From NCBI GenBank assembly GCA_977017575.1, contig CDRNVI010000030.1, positions 434,001 through 498,000 of the forward strand: 64,000 bases of DNA, read 5' to 3'. This DNA comes from Paramoeba atlantica. Lineage: Eukaryota; Protista; Discosea. Both the position numbers and the translations under genes were made by a program. Shown here piece after piece: positions 30,086 to 40,852 of the stretch. The notes beneath the pieces are model-generated. The model saw only the letters and a program-made list of their open reading frames with translations, was not told the origin of the DNA and did no database searches. Position 1 is the first letter of the stretch, and each line of letters begins with the position of its first letter.

Positions 30086-31040
30086 CAAGCTTAATTTTTT
30101 TTGTTTTTGAGTCTTGGAGTTATTTCTCCCGTGAAATCCTATGAGCTCTCTACAGCAGGAAGTCACTTGTATGTGAGAAATGTTCACCTTCCCCCCTTCT
30201 CTCAATTTACGAAGAGAAATCTACACCTACAGCAGACGAACAGCAACCCAACTATCCAAGAACTATCCATTAAGATTTTCTTTTTCTTTTTCTTTTTCTC
30301 TTTATGATGATGAAATATGGACTTTATATATTTATGATGATGAAATATGGACTTTACATATTTTGTTTTGTAATTTTATCGCTTCAATGGAAGTTTGCAG
30401 CTCGGGTGGCGAGGTGCGCTAAGCCCCAACGCTTCTACTCTAAACCAACAGCCTAAACTACTGATTTACACTAGAAGCGCCCCTGGCCATTAACGTGATC
30501 CTTTATTTCCTACATGCTCAATCTTCGTTCCGTGCTGTCCCATGGCATATATTTGCGCATCTGATCGTATACAATTAGGCCGTTCATTTCTTGGAGTATG
30601 AGTTTAAATTCGAGCGCCACGTGATACCTGCTTACTACCGACGCATCTGCTAGAGTATCCAGTAGATTCTTCAAATTCTTATGCAAGGATCCTCCTGAAA
30701 GTACTGGAAGACACTGAAAAGATAATGCGGGAATCAATCCGGATGCGACGTACGTTGCTTGCTTCCGTTTAATGGCTTCATTAATGAGGCGTCCACATTT
30801 TTGTTGAATTCGCGACGGCGCTAGCTCATGAATGACGGTCAGATCGTAGTAGATTTCTCCGCTTTGCCAATGGATAACCAAATCAGGCCCATTGCGATGA
30901 GTCTGTCTACCAGCACACACTTTCGAGTGGTTGTAGCTTGTTTCTTCGGTGATGGGTGCCCGGCATGTAGTGCAGTGAACTGAGCTGAATCTTCGAGGCT
31001 CTTTCTCGCAAGGAATTCCTGCATTTAGACACATCTTGTG

Positions 31041-33474
31041 GGCTAGGGGGGACCTTCGATGAGTACTCATCGTAAGTTGTAGACTTTCGATGAGTCTCAC
31101 GGAAAGTTGTAGACTTTCGATGAGTACTCATCGAAGGTGTTTTTGACTTTTTCAATTTTTCGTATTTTATCAATTTTTTGCGAAGGGCCAACTGTGAGCG
31201 TAGCCCTGGGACATAATAATATTTTTTGGCGACCCGTGCGCTCCAGCGTGCGGGTCGCGCACTGAGAACCTGTGTCTACCCCTGCTTGGGGGTACGTTCG
31301 TTGATTTCTCAACGAAAATCCGGATTTTCGTTGAGTACTCAACGAACGTACCCTGTGACCGTAAAAAATCTGCAGGTCCTTAGAGGGAGGAGGAAGGGCT
31401 AGGGGGGACCTTCGATGAATCTTCATCGAAGGTGTTTTCGACTTTTTTTGACTTTTTTAACTTTTTGTTTTTGAACAAATTTTTCCATTGGCTGTTGAAA
31501 ACACGTTGCATGAAACATATAATTTCATTTTAAATTCAATAATTTTTTGTTTTTTTGTCTGAATTCTGACTTTCCGTTTTCTTTCACATTTTGGCTTGGG
31601 GGTACGTTCGTTGATTTCTCAACGAACGTACCCTGTGACCGTAAAAAATCTGCAGGACCTTAGAGGGAGGAGGAAGAAAGGCCCAACTGATAACTACTTG
31701 ATAATCTTGATAATCTTGACCAACTACCTTGATAACAAATTTTAGTACCCATTCGTGGGAAGCAATTTGCGAAGCCCAACTACCTTGATAACAAATTTTA
31801 GTACCCATTTTGGCCGCGCGGGGGCCCCCGCGTGAGCGGGGGTGCGCGCGGCCGCGAAACGGCGAGGGCCCGCGTGAGCGGGCCTGAGCCGTACCCCGCG
31901 TAGGGTTCCCCTGTGCGTCGTTAGTGGGAAGCAATTTGCGAAGCTCACTGAATTTCGTAGTTTTCGCTACGCAGGCGTTGTCAACGTATATAGCGAAGTG
32001 TAGGATACTGAACGCACGGAAAATGAAAATCAAAAAAAAATTCTTGGATGTTCCACAAAAGTCCTTGATTTCCACCGTGAATTTCCGTTCGTTGAGTACT
32101 CAACGAAAATCCGGCACTTCGTTGAGTACTCAACGAAAATCCTGTGTTTACCCCTTCCGCAGGATTGTCGCTCAAAATATGTATATGGATCAGTCAAAAA
32201 CGCTTCGATGAAGATAAACTGAAGAAACGGTGAAATTCTTCTACGAGCCTTCACGAAACACTTCGATGAAGCACCAAAAAAGTCAAAATATCTATATGGA
32301 TCCGCGAAAAACGTTTGCGTGAAGATTTGAAAAAATAAAAAAAAAGTCAAAAACACCTTCGATGAAGATTCATCGAAAGTGTACAACTTTCAATGTGCTT
32401 CATCGAAAGTTGTACACTTTCGATGAAGCTTCATCGAAGGTCCCCCCTACCCGGAGGAAGAAAGGCCCAACTGTGAGCGAAGCCCACGCCTGCAAGCAAG
32501 GCCCGACTGTGAGCGAAGCTCACTACTGGTGGCAAAAGCCCCCGTTTGCGAGCAAGGCCCAACTGTTCGTTAACTTCGTTAACTTAACTTAAACTTCGTT
32601 TAACTTATCGTGAAAGATTATTGTACGTGTGCTTCTCTCTAGATTCGTGGGAAGCAATTTGCGAAGCCCAACTACCTTGATAACAAATTTTAGTACCCAT
32701 TCGTGGGAAGCAATTGGCGAAACCCAACTACCTTGATAACAAATTTTAGTACCCATTTTGGCCGCGCGGGGGCCCCCGCGTGAGCGGGGGTGCGCGCGGC
32801 CGCGAAACGGCGAGGGCCCGCGTGAGCGGGCCTGAGCCGTACCCCGCGTAGGATTCCCCTGTGTGTCGTTAGTGGGAAGCAATTTGCGAAGCTCACTGAA
32901 TTTCGTAGTTTTCGCTACGCAGGCGTTGTCAACGTATGTAGCGAAGTGTAGGATACTGAACGCACGGAAAAAGAAAATCAAAAAAAATTCTTGGGTGTTC
33001 CACAAAAGTCCTTGACTTATGCAAAAGTCCGTGACTTCCACCGTAAATTTCCGTTCGTTGAGAACTAAACGAACGTACCCCCAACCCGTCTACCTACCCC
33101 TTCCGCAGGATTGTCCAGAGGCAAGGCCCAACTGTGAGCGTAGCCCACTTCTGGAGGCAAAAGCCCCTGTTTGCAAGCAAGGCCCAACTGTGAGCGTAGC
33201 CCTGGGACATAATAATATTTTTTGGCGACCCGTGCGCTCCAGCAGCTGAGAACCTGTGTCTACCCCTTCCGCAGGATTGCGAATTTGTTTTCCACAAATG
33301 CTTCAGTTTGTTTGCCGCAAACGCTTCGGTGAGTAATAAAAAAAGCTCGAAAATCGCTATTAGAGTCGCTCAAAAACGCTTCGATGAGTACTCATCGAAA
33401 GTTGTAGACTTTCGATGAGACTCACGGAAAGTTGTAGACTTTCGATGAGTACTCATCGAAGGTCCCCCCTACCC
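31041..33474. mobile_element. TIR element T4 (2434 bp including nested T5), 9-bp TSD CATCTTGTG
   Basis: TSD at 31032-31040 and 33475-33483 duplicates codons HKM of the host. Confidence 0.92.
31397..32452. mobile_element. TIR element T5 (1056 bp) nested in T4, 8-bp TSD GGAGGAAG
   Basis: TSD at 31389-31396 and 32453-32460; the empty-site version of this module is visible at ~31661-31690. Confidence 0.88.
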
Positions 33475-35720
33475 CATCTTGTGTATGTAGCGAACCAGGG
33501 TGTTATGTTTGAATGAGGCATTTATTCCCTTGCATTGAGTGCATCCTGGTAGATGGGTCAGAACCGAATGTTGGTTGAGTTCAGTTTGGCATCCGGGGCA
33601 TCGAATTTCTTTCATTGACGATTGGAGGGGCATTCCTAATCTCGGTAATACCGCTAGCCTAAAAAGATGTGACGGTACCAACTTTGCAGTTGACTGCAGC
33701 CAGTCGTAATTTCCTTTGAAGGTTGTGGACCTTGCTATGTGGGATAGCTTCTGGGATCGTTCGCTCGCTTCATTGGTGTCTGTGCTGTTTCGTATTTCTT
33801 CTGACGCACGCACAGCATTTCGATTGACAATCTGAGCTGAAAAAGAATTATGGCGCTCGAAAATCGTTTGTCGTGATGCTGCGTAAGCTGCGCGTCGTAT
33901 CGAATTACATGCAGTAAGATCCAACCCGCCTTCGCTAACGGGGAGTCGTGCTAGCTCCATTTGCTCTTGGTCCAATGGTCCCAACCAATGTTTCAATACA
34001 TCTCCTACCTCTTTATCGAACTGAAGTGCCGAATCTTGAGTATTGTCCGGGGCGTGCACGCGCATGAAGTAAGAGTGTCGGACGTTCACTGATTTGGAGA
34101 GAAGTCGGAGTGAAATATTGTTCGGACCCATTATCTTGAGGCGTCTAAAAATTTCGTTATGTTTCTCAAGCTTCTGCATCAGCTTCTCTTTCATGGTTGC
34201 ATTGTTACCCGTGTGGGATGCTAATCCCCAAGTGGGAAGTACGAAAACATGTAGTCCTTTTTCAGCCTATGATGAAAATTTTAGAAAATGCCCGTATTAT
34301 TTTATTTATAACATTTATTTATAATATTTAGTATTGCAGGAACTCTTTGAGTAATACATGTAAAAATGTGAAATCGTTTTAATGCACCGTATTCATACAT
34401 GTATGGAAGTAAACGATGGATAATTATGTGTAACTCATTGTAATCCTAGCCGTATTTTCAAAGCAGAAATCCACACCGAGGGGCCGCACAGGACATAAAA
34501 GAAAATAACTATAAAGATGAAATAATAATTTATTTTCACATGAGTTCACCTATTCATATCATATACATGAAAAGCAAATTGAAACGTATGTAGCTTCTAC
34601 ATCATCTTGACAAAATAGGCCTTTCAAAACAAACAATATAAATTTATAATATATCACTATGTTAGCAGGTTGCACCCGCCAAACCCGGCGGCTATAGGAT
34701 GGGGGTTTGGTGGGTGGGACAAAAAACGCGTAAAGGAAAAAGATTCTACAAGTAAGTAATCAGTAAATATGTAAATTTTCAGAATACATATTGTAGCTTT
34801 TATACATGATTCAATTACAACCCCCTTTCGGGGAAAAGAACAATGAAAATTATAACCACCTTCCGGGGCATTTGACCCGATATTAGCCCCTCGGTTAAAT
34901 TTCCATGCGTAGACTTCTAGAAATCCACACCGAGGGGCCGCACAGGACATAAAAGAAAATAACTATAAAGATGAAATAATAATTTATTTTCACATGAGTT
35001 CACCTATTCATATCATATACATGAAAAGCAAATTGAAACGTATGTAGCTTCTACATCATCTTGACAAAATAGGCCTTTCAAAACAAACAATATAAATTTA
35101 TAATATATCACTATGTTAGCAGGTTGCACCCGCCAAACCCGGCGGCTATAGGATGGGGGTTTGGTGGGTGGGACAAAAAACGCGTAAAGGAAAAAGATTC
35201 TACAAGTAAGTAATCAGTAAATATGTAAATTTTCAGAATACATATTGTAGCTTTTATACATGATTCAATTACAACCCCCTTTCGGGGAAAAGAACAATGA
35301 AAATTATAACCACCTTCCGGGGCATTTGACCCGATATTAGCCCCTCGGTTAAATTTCCATGCGTAGACTTCTAGAAATCCACACCGAGGGGCCGCACAGG
35401 ACATAAAAGAAAATAACTATAAAGATGAAATAATAATTTATTTTCACATGAGTTCACCTATTCATATCATATACATGAAAAGCAAATTGAAACGTATGTA
35501 GCTTCTACATCATCTTGACAAAATAGGCCTTTCAAAACAAACAATATAAATTTATAATATATCACTATGTTAGCAGGTTGCACCCGCCAAACCCGGCGGC
35601 TACCTGCCCACACACACGTCACAATATTTTCCCGAACACACAGTAATTTTTTTTTTTTTTTTCGAAAATAACTAGGGAAGGATAACACAATAATAGATGA
35701 CCGGTCTATTATCGTGCCCT

Positions 35721-38633
35721 TTACATCACACACTTTTCAATCTGTTTAATGTCAACTTCTTTACCCCGACTTATATGATCGGCCGGATTGTTCAACGTAG
35801 ACACATATCTCGCCTCGACACAAATCCCACGTTTCTCAGTGTCTCGTATTATTTCTTTCAATTCCTTTGACACTCCTTCTGACTTCGATAATCTCCTGTT
35901 CAACGCTGCCTTACAGGAGGTGTTATCCACGAAGATATCCAAGCACGTTCCTTTGGGGGAGTGCATAGCAAACTTTTTAATAGCTAAGCGGACCGCCATC
36001 GCTTCGGCCCGATTCACTTCATACTTAAAATTTTTCGGCCATGCCTCACCAGTAATTAATACCTCCCCAGAATCAAGGTAAATGATGGCCCCCCATCCCT
36101 TCGCAGAAGCATCCGTGTATAACTTGTGGTGGTGAGGAACGGTGTCAGGATGAGGAGGCGGGGGTCGGGGAAGATTGCATATCAATTCATTTCGCCATTC
36201 GGTAAGTGTAGAACGAGTAACTACCGGAAGATCAACTGGCTTGTCGATCAAATACGGACAGCGATTTAATAAGTTGATCCTACGCTGCGCGACTTTCATC
36301 GCGAAATAAAAGCGTGGCATATTGAGCCGCAAGACTGCAGATCCATACAGAAGACGCCCCACCGCCGCCTCAAGATCACCAAAAGACAATTTATGAAATT
36401 TGTCTTTTTGCAGTTTACTGACCACTCTCGGTCCCAGGCAGACCGTATGAGTGTCGTGGTCGAAAGCCACCCCATTGAAAACATACTTCAAAGCAGGGGG
36501 CTGTCCGGCGTCTTTAAAGAGGCCGTTTGCTTTGGAACACCGCTCGTCAATAAAGCGAGCGTATTCGAGGGCATCGTTCGCTGTCCCCGAAAAACGAACT
36601 CCGTCGACGTAAACGTCAGTGGCACCTCTGTGAAACGAGAAACGCTCCTGACACACCGACCTCTCGCCGGCAATTGCGGCGGTAACAGTGTGCATGATTT
36701 CTGGTGCGCAGCGATGACCCATGGGAAGAACGTTCATCTCGAAAACTTCGCCCAATGTCGATCGAAATCTAAACTTGGGCCGTGCCTTCAAGGGAATACT
36801 AATTTGGTAAAAACCACAAGTGAAGTCGCGCTTCACTGCCATTGCATCATGTGCTTTGTGTAGATATTTGGATGGGTGATACAGCGCAACTTCCGGTTCA
36901 TAATTTAAAAGCCTGTTGTTGTCATCTCGTGTCCAGGATATAAACCTGCGGCGTTGATTACCTTCATCGTCGGTTTCAACCACTGTAAAGGGGATCATAT
37001 ATTGCATGGATGGTCTTTTGAGTAGGTCCTTCCCCGAAACCTTGCTTATAACGCCGGCGTCCTCAAGTAGACGTATGTCTTCCTCGGGCAAAGAACCACG
37101 TACCGAAGGCTCGGGGTACGGGCCTGTAGGAACCCATAAAAGTTCATTTAGTACCTTGCGAAAACGTGTGGCTGCCGCAGGATTTAACCATTCCTTCACC
37201 TTGTCCAATTTAATCACCGGGATTGACTTTTTCACATGGAGGGGTAGACTCATATCCTTCGGTATAGCGAGCCGCGAGCTACGGCGGGCACATATAACGG
37301 AGTGCCTACGGAGATAGGGGACTTCGTGAAAACACTTTGTAACATGAGAGGTTGTTAAAGTACCGGAAGGAGTGCAGACACTCGTTGTGTCCCGAGGGCC
37401 CGTGCCGTTGTAACGCTGTTTGCATTGTATCTGAGCAGTGATTCTATGTTCTGGTGTTTTGTTAGGTTTTGAACCTCCTGCATGCGCAAATTTCCGAGAG
37501 AGATTTCGTGAAACAGATGAGTGATTGCCCCCCTTTTGATAGAGTGCGTCCCGTACCCCTGACCGAGTATTGATCGTATTTGATGGTCCATCTCGCGGAC
37601 TGTCGTGTAACAGAGTCGTTGCCCGGGGTTCATGCTTTGGATATGCTGCGCGAGTTCTGGCGTTCCTGGCCCAGTTACAATGGCGTAAAGGTGTGGTCGA
37701 AAAGGGTTTAGGCGTGTGGTCTTTGTCCCCCTCCCCCAATAAATTATCACTTCGCAGCTTGTTACACTCACGAACTGTTCTCTTCTTAAATCCGCGGTCT
37801 CGGTCCAACGCGCCGCTGCCTTCCAGCATAGGAGGCAACACATGCTCTCCTTCGGATTCAAGTGTCGGCGTAGCTTTTGTAGAAGAATGGGGTTGACGGG
37901 CTGCATTTGGCGCGTGGGCTCTAGCCCCCCCTGTGCTTGCAGGGCCTTTATACATAGTTTTAAGGGAGACGACTCTTCCCCCATTAACTGAAATAAAGTT
38001 CGCAAGCCTCCTGCGTAACCCATTCTCGTCGAGCTGGCTAGAGGCAGCGAATGGAGGAAGAGAACCGCGTTTGTGGAATTTGAAGGAACACCCTTTGCCG
38101 CGCAGTACTGCTGCATACGTAGCCAAATTCGCTCCCTGTTGGCCCATGTGGTCGTGGCCCACATCGGTTCGAGAGCGTCGCTCAGTTGTAGTGTGCGTGG
38201 GTCGTTCGGAGGAAGGCGAAGGATGGCTTGGAGAATGGCGTTGCGGTCTGCGGCGGGTTTTTCTCCTGCGGACTGGTTTAGTGCGCGTATGGGAAGGGAC
38301 CGACTTCGCGGAGGACGAGTGGAAACAACATGAGGAAGGGGAGGATTGGAAGAAAGAGGGGGTCGAGGACGCCTCACCGGAGAGTCTCGTCGGGGTAAGC
38401 GCGTTTGTAAGGTTGGAGCGGTAGGAGCCCTTTGCTGCCTGAGGCAAGGGGCACGAGTAATAGGGGTGGGGGGCATTCCCTAGTGGGAACCCCGTGTTGC
38501 GCCGGCGTAACGGACGGCGCCGCCCGCCACCCCTCCGCGAAAATCCTGATTCGTCGGATGGGAGGGACGAAACTGGTGCTGGGCCTGAGCCATCTGCGGG
38601 CAGTCCGCACGAATGTGGCCCGGCTGGTGACAC
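35721..38633 (-). CDS. YR1 reverse transcriptase-RNase H (DIRS-like)
   Basis: DFTCGFYQI, LPMG, YVDG, LYTDAS, NRAEAMAV, VDNTSC, NPADHISRG. True start uncertain. Confidence 0.9.
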   Translation of the reverse strand: MSPAGPHSCGLPADGSGPAPVSSLPSDESGFSRRGGGRRRPLRRRNTGFPLGNAPHPYYSCPLPQAAKGSYRSNLTNALTPTRLSGEASSTPSFFQSSPSSCCFHSSSAKSVPSHTRTKPVRRRKTRRRPQRHSPSHPSPSSERPTHTTTERRSRTDVGHDHMGQQGANLATYAAVLRGKGCSFKFHKRGSLPPFAASSQLDENGLRRRLANFISVNGGRVVSLKTMYKGPASTGGARAHAPNAARQPHSSTKATPTLESEGEHVLPPMLEGSGALDRDRGFKKRTVRECNKLRSDNLLGEGDKDHTPKPFSTTPLRHCNWARNARTRAAYPKHEPRATTLLHDSPRDGPSNTINTRSGVRDALYQKGGNHSSVSRNLSRKFAHAGGSKPNKTPEHRITAQIQCKQRYNGTGPRDTTSVCTPSGTLTTSHVTKCFHEVPYLRRHSVICARRSSRLAIPKDMSLPLHVKKSIPVIKLDKVKEWLNPAAATRFRKVLNELLWVPTGPYPEPSVRGSLPEEDIRLLEDAGVISKVSGKDLLKRPSMQYMIPFTVVETDDEGNQRRRFISWTRDDNNRLLNYEPEVALYHPSKYLHKAHDAMAVKRDFTCGFYQISIPLKARPKFRFRSTLGEVFEMNVLPMGHRCAPEIMHTVTAAIAGERSVCQERFSFHRGATDVYVDGVRFSGTANDALEYARFIDERCSKANGLFKDAGQPPALKYVFNGVAFDHDTHTVCLGPRVVSKLQKDKFHKLSFGDLEAAVGRLLYGSAVLRLNMPRFYFAMKVAQRRINLLNRCPYLIDKPVDLPVVTRSTLTEWRNELICNLPRPPPPHPDTVPHHHKLYTDASAKGWGAIIYLDSGEVLITGEAWPKNFKYEVNRAEAMAVRLAIKKFAMHSPKGTCLDIFVDNTSCKAALNRRLSKSEGVSKELKEIIRDTEKRGICVEARYVSTLNNPADHISRGKEVDIKQIEKCVM
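37355..38476 (-). CDS. YR1 tyrosine recombinase (373 aa)
   Basis: WKAAAR, TKTT, HSIKRG, TKH..LLRY. Confidence 0.92.
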   Translation of the reverse strand: MPPTPITRAPCLRQQRAPTAPTLQTRLPRRDSPVRRPRPPLSSNPPLPHVVSTRPPRSRSLPIRALNQSAGEKPAADRNAILQAILRLPPNDPRTLQLSDALEPMWATTTWANRERIWLRMQQYCAAKGVPSNSTNAVLFLHSLPLASSTRMGYAGGLRTLFQLMGEESSPLKLCIKALQAQGGLEPTRQMQPVNPILLQKLRRHLNPKESMCCLLCWKAAARWTETADLRREQFVSVTSCEVIIYWGRGTKTTRLNPFRPHLYAIVTGPGTPELAQHIQSMNPGQRLCYTTVREMDHQIRSILGQGYGTHSIKRGAITHLFHEISLGNLRMQEVQNLTKHQNIESLLRYNANSVTTARALGTQRVSALLPVL

Positions 38634-39784
38634 GAGAAGCAGAAAGGCCGACGACGGGAGGATCGAACTTGGGGACGACCTCGGAGTTGTTCGTCGAGAA
38701 CGAGTTGCCCATAACGATCTTTCGGATCATCATCACGATGCAGTCGCTGTTGCACGCGTTCGACAGCAACACCCGCAGCGGCCCAGTAGAGATTACGGAG
38801 TTCCTCGATTATGAGTTCTGCCACAGCAAGGTTATGTTTCTCCATCCAACCCTCCGTCAGGCGAGCAGCGTAGATCCATTCGATAAGGATCTTGAATAAA
38901 CGGTCCCGCTGCGGTGGCGGGTTGAATCGAACCCCTAGCTGCGGCGCCTCCCGCAGCTCACGGATGAGGTCTCGGGGCTTGAACAAATCCTCCGTGTCGA
39001 TCCACGGTTGCCACGTAACCGGGTCGTAGGGGGAGAAGCTTTTGGGGTCTGTAATACGTACTCGTTCAAAGGACGGGATTAAAGATTCCACCGGCTGCCC
39101 TCCAGGCATCTTTGCCCGAACACGGACGACCGTCAAATCGTGATACGTAATGTCGGGATGGGGAAAGCGGTATGCCGTATTGACATCACCATCCCACTCA
39201 ACGACCAATTCTAAGGACACTGGGTCATTTGGGTGCTTCATGTAAACGTCGCCTATGACTGTCTGTCGAATGTCATCACCTGGTCGAGACCACACTGCCT
39301 CGACAGTGACCTGGTATTCTTTGCGAAGAAGATTAATTATCTTGGTTACAAATTCTTCCTTAGCAGTCTGAGTCAATATTCCACGCGCATTTTGGTTGGA
39401 TCGAATAGCACGGTCTACATGGTCGAGATTAAGGTCTTCATAACGCTGAGGGGAGCGGGAAGGCTCAACTTGGTCAGGGTTGAGCGTGCTCTGCCGCCGT
39501 GGGGGAATATCTCCCGAGTTCTGGGGGGCCGTTAGGGGGTCAGGGTAAGGGCTGGGGTAAGGAGAAGGGTGTACTGTGCGTCGGTTTCGGCCAGAATAGC
39601 GCAGCGAAGGAACCGCGAAAGAGTCTACTGGCGAAGCTGGATCAGGACGAGGTGGTCGCCCAGCTGGACAAGACAAGGAACGGCGTTTGTCGGGGTCCAA
39701 AGGGGAGAGAGGACGTGTTCGCTTAGGGCTGCGGTCTCGCTCATGTCCTGGGTTCGCCGGCACGCGAAGTCGCTGGGAACGCAT
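38480..39784 (-). CDS. YR1 gag-like ORF1 with CCHC knuckle
   Basis: CFSCHQPGHIRADC; alternative start codon, so the true start may be downstream. Confidence 0.85.
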   Translation of the reverse strand: MRSQRLRVPANPGHERDRSPKRTRPLSPLDPDKRRSLSCPAGRPPRPDPASPVDSFAVPSLRYSGRNRRTVHPSPYPSPYPDPLTAPQNSGDIPPRRQSTLNPDQVEPSRSPQRYEDLNLDHVDRAIRSNQNARGILTQTAKEEFVTKIINLLRKEYQVTVEAVWSRPGDDIRQTVIGDVYMKHPNDPVSLELVVEWDGDVNTAYRFPHPDITYHDLTVVRVRAKMPGGQPVESLIPSFERVRITDPKSFSPYDPVTWQPWIDTEDLFKPRDLIRELREAPQLGVRFNPPPQRDRLFKILIEWIYAARLTEGWMEKHNLAVAELIIEELRNLYWAAAGVAVERVQQRLHRDDDPKDRYGQLVLDEQLRGRPQVRSSRRRPFCFSCHQPGHIRADCPQMAQAQHQFRPSHPTNQDFRGGVAGGAVRYAGATRGSH

Positions 39785-40000
39785 GGTACAAAAAAACGCG
39801 TAAAGGAAAAAGATTCTACAAGTAAGTAATCAGCAAATATGTAAATTTTCAGAATACATATTGTAGCTTTTATACATGATTCAATTACAACCCCCTTTCG
39901 GGGAAAAGAACAATGAAAATTATAACCACCTTCCGGGGCATTTGACCCGATATTAGCCCCTCGGTTAAATTTCCATGCGTAGACTTCTAAAAAACGCACA

Positions 40001-40756
40001 ATGAATGACCTCCCCCCACTATCTGACTCTCGCATTGGACGGTTTGTGGCCGAGAGTCAGGTTGGCGACACTATCGCGGTTTTATGGTCCTCAGACAAAG
40101 TGCCACGTGGAGAAATGTGGAAGGGAGTGGTGAAGAAGATTGGCGAAGAGAAAACAACTATGTTGGTGGACTATGCGAAATTTGGCGAGCTTACGTTTCC
40201 TCCGACGAATGCTCGATTACATGGGGTGGAGAAACTCGCCACTGACCCTTACTCCGCTGCGATGGAGCGTGTTGAAGGCCGAGAGACTGGAACGTTCGAA
40301 CCGCTTGAATTATCTACGTACGCGATGTTCATCGAGGCACCCTCGGAGACGCGAGATCGTAGTTTTGTGGAATTGGACGCTCATTTGCGTCGCTACTTTG
40401 GTATTGGAGCTGCCGAACGCAATGCCCCACGCTATCACCAAGACGAGCATCGGAAGAACGATTTGTTGCTAGCATTTTTGGCTTGGGTGCGAAACTCAAT
40501 GAAAATGGGACTTGTATGGAAATCAGACGGGAACATGGCGGTCGGGGACAACATATTGGCGGCGTTGGTTGCTTACAAAGTTCGCGTTCAACATGGGGAC
40601 TGCCGCGTCTTCGCACAGGCTCTTGAAGAAGCAAAAACGACCGGGGGACTGCGGGGAAAAATTCTACCTGCAATGATCAAAGCCATGGATACAAAAAACG
40701 ACCGAACAGGGCGAAACGCGGGCCCGATGACAAAACCGCAAGGGAAAAAATTCTGA
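40001..40756 (+). CDS. YR2 ORF1 (gag position, no CCHC; Tudor/SH3-like N-terminus)
   Basis: 251 aa directly upstream of the YR gene. Confidence 0.8.
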   Translation: MNDLPPLSDSRIGRFVAESQVGDTIAVLWSSDKVPRGEMWKGVVKKIGEEKTTMLVDYAKFGELTFPPTNARLHGVEKLATDPYSAAMERVEGRETGTFEPLELSTYAMFIEAPSETRDRSFVELDAHLRRYFGIGAAERNAPRYHQDEHRKNDLLLAFLAWVRNSMKMGLVWKSDGNMAVGDNILAALVAYKVRVQHGDCRVFAQALEEAKTTGGLRGKILPAMIKAMDTKNDRTGRNAGPMTKPQGKKF

Positions 40757-40852
40757 CTCGAAGAATTCAACAGAAATTTAGTCCAAGAAACAATAGATTA
40801 TATAAGGGGCAATATAATAGAACTATCAACATTAGGGGCAATAATCTTTACA

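Larger units (their letters stand above)
34466..39989 (-). mobile_element. YR retrotransposon YR1 with split direct repeats A1-gag-YR-RT/RH-B1-A2-c-B2-A3-c-B3
   Basis: A at 39791-39989, 35175-35373 and 34721-34919; B at 35374-35602, 34920-35148 and 34466-34694 (454-bp period). The internal junction GTGGATTTC^TAGAAG equals the joined termini. Confidence 0.92.

Noticed and set aside
30301-30470. C/D snoRNA (ATGATGA)
   Set aside because: The C-box-like words come from a 30-bp duplication; no suitably placed D box or terminal stem.
34657-35404. Identical 97-aa ORFs (and 39625-40035)
   Set aside because: They arise from the A/B terminal repeats of YR1.
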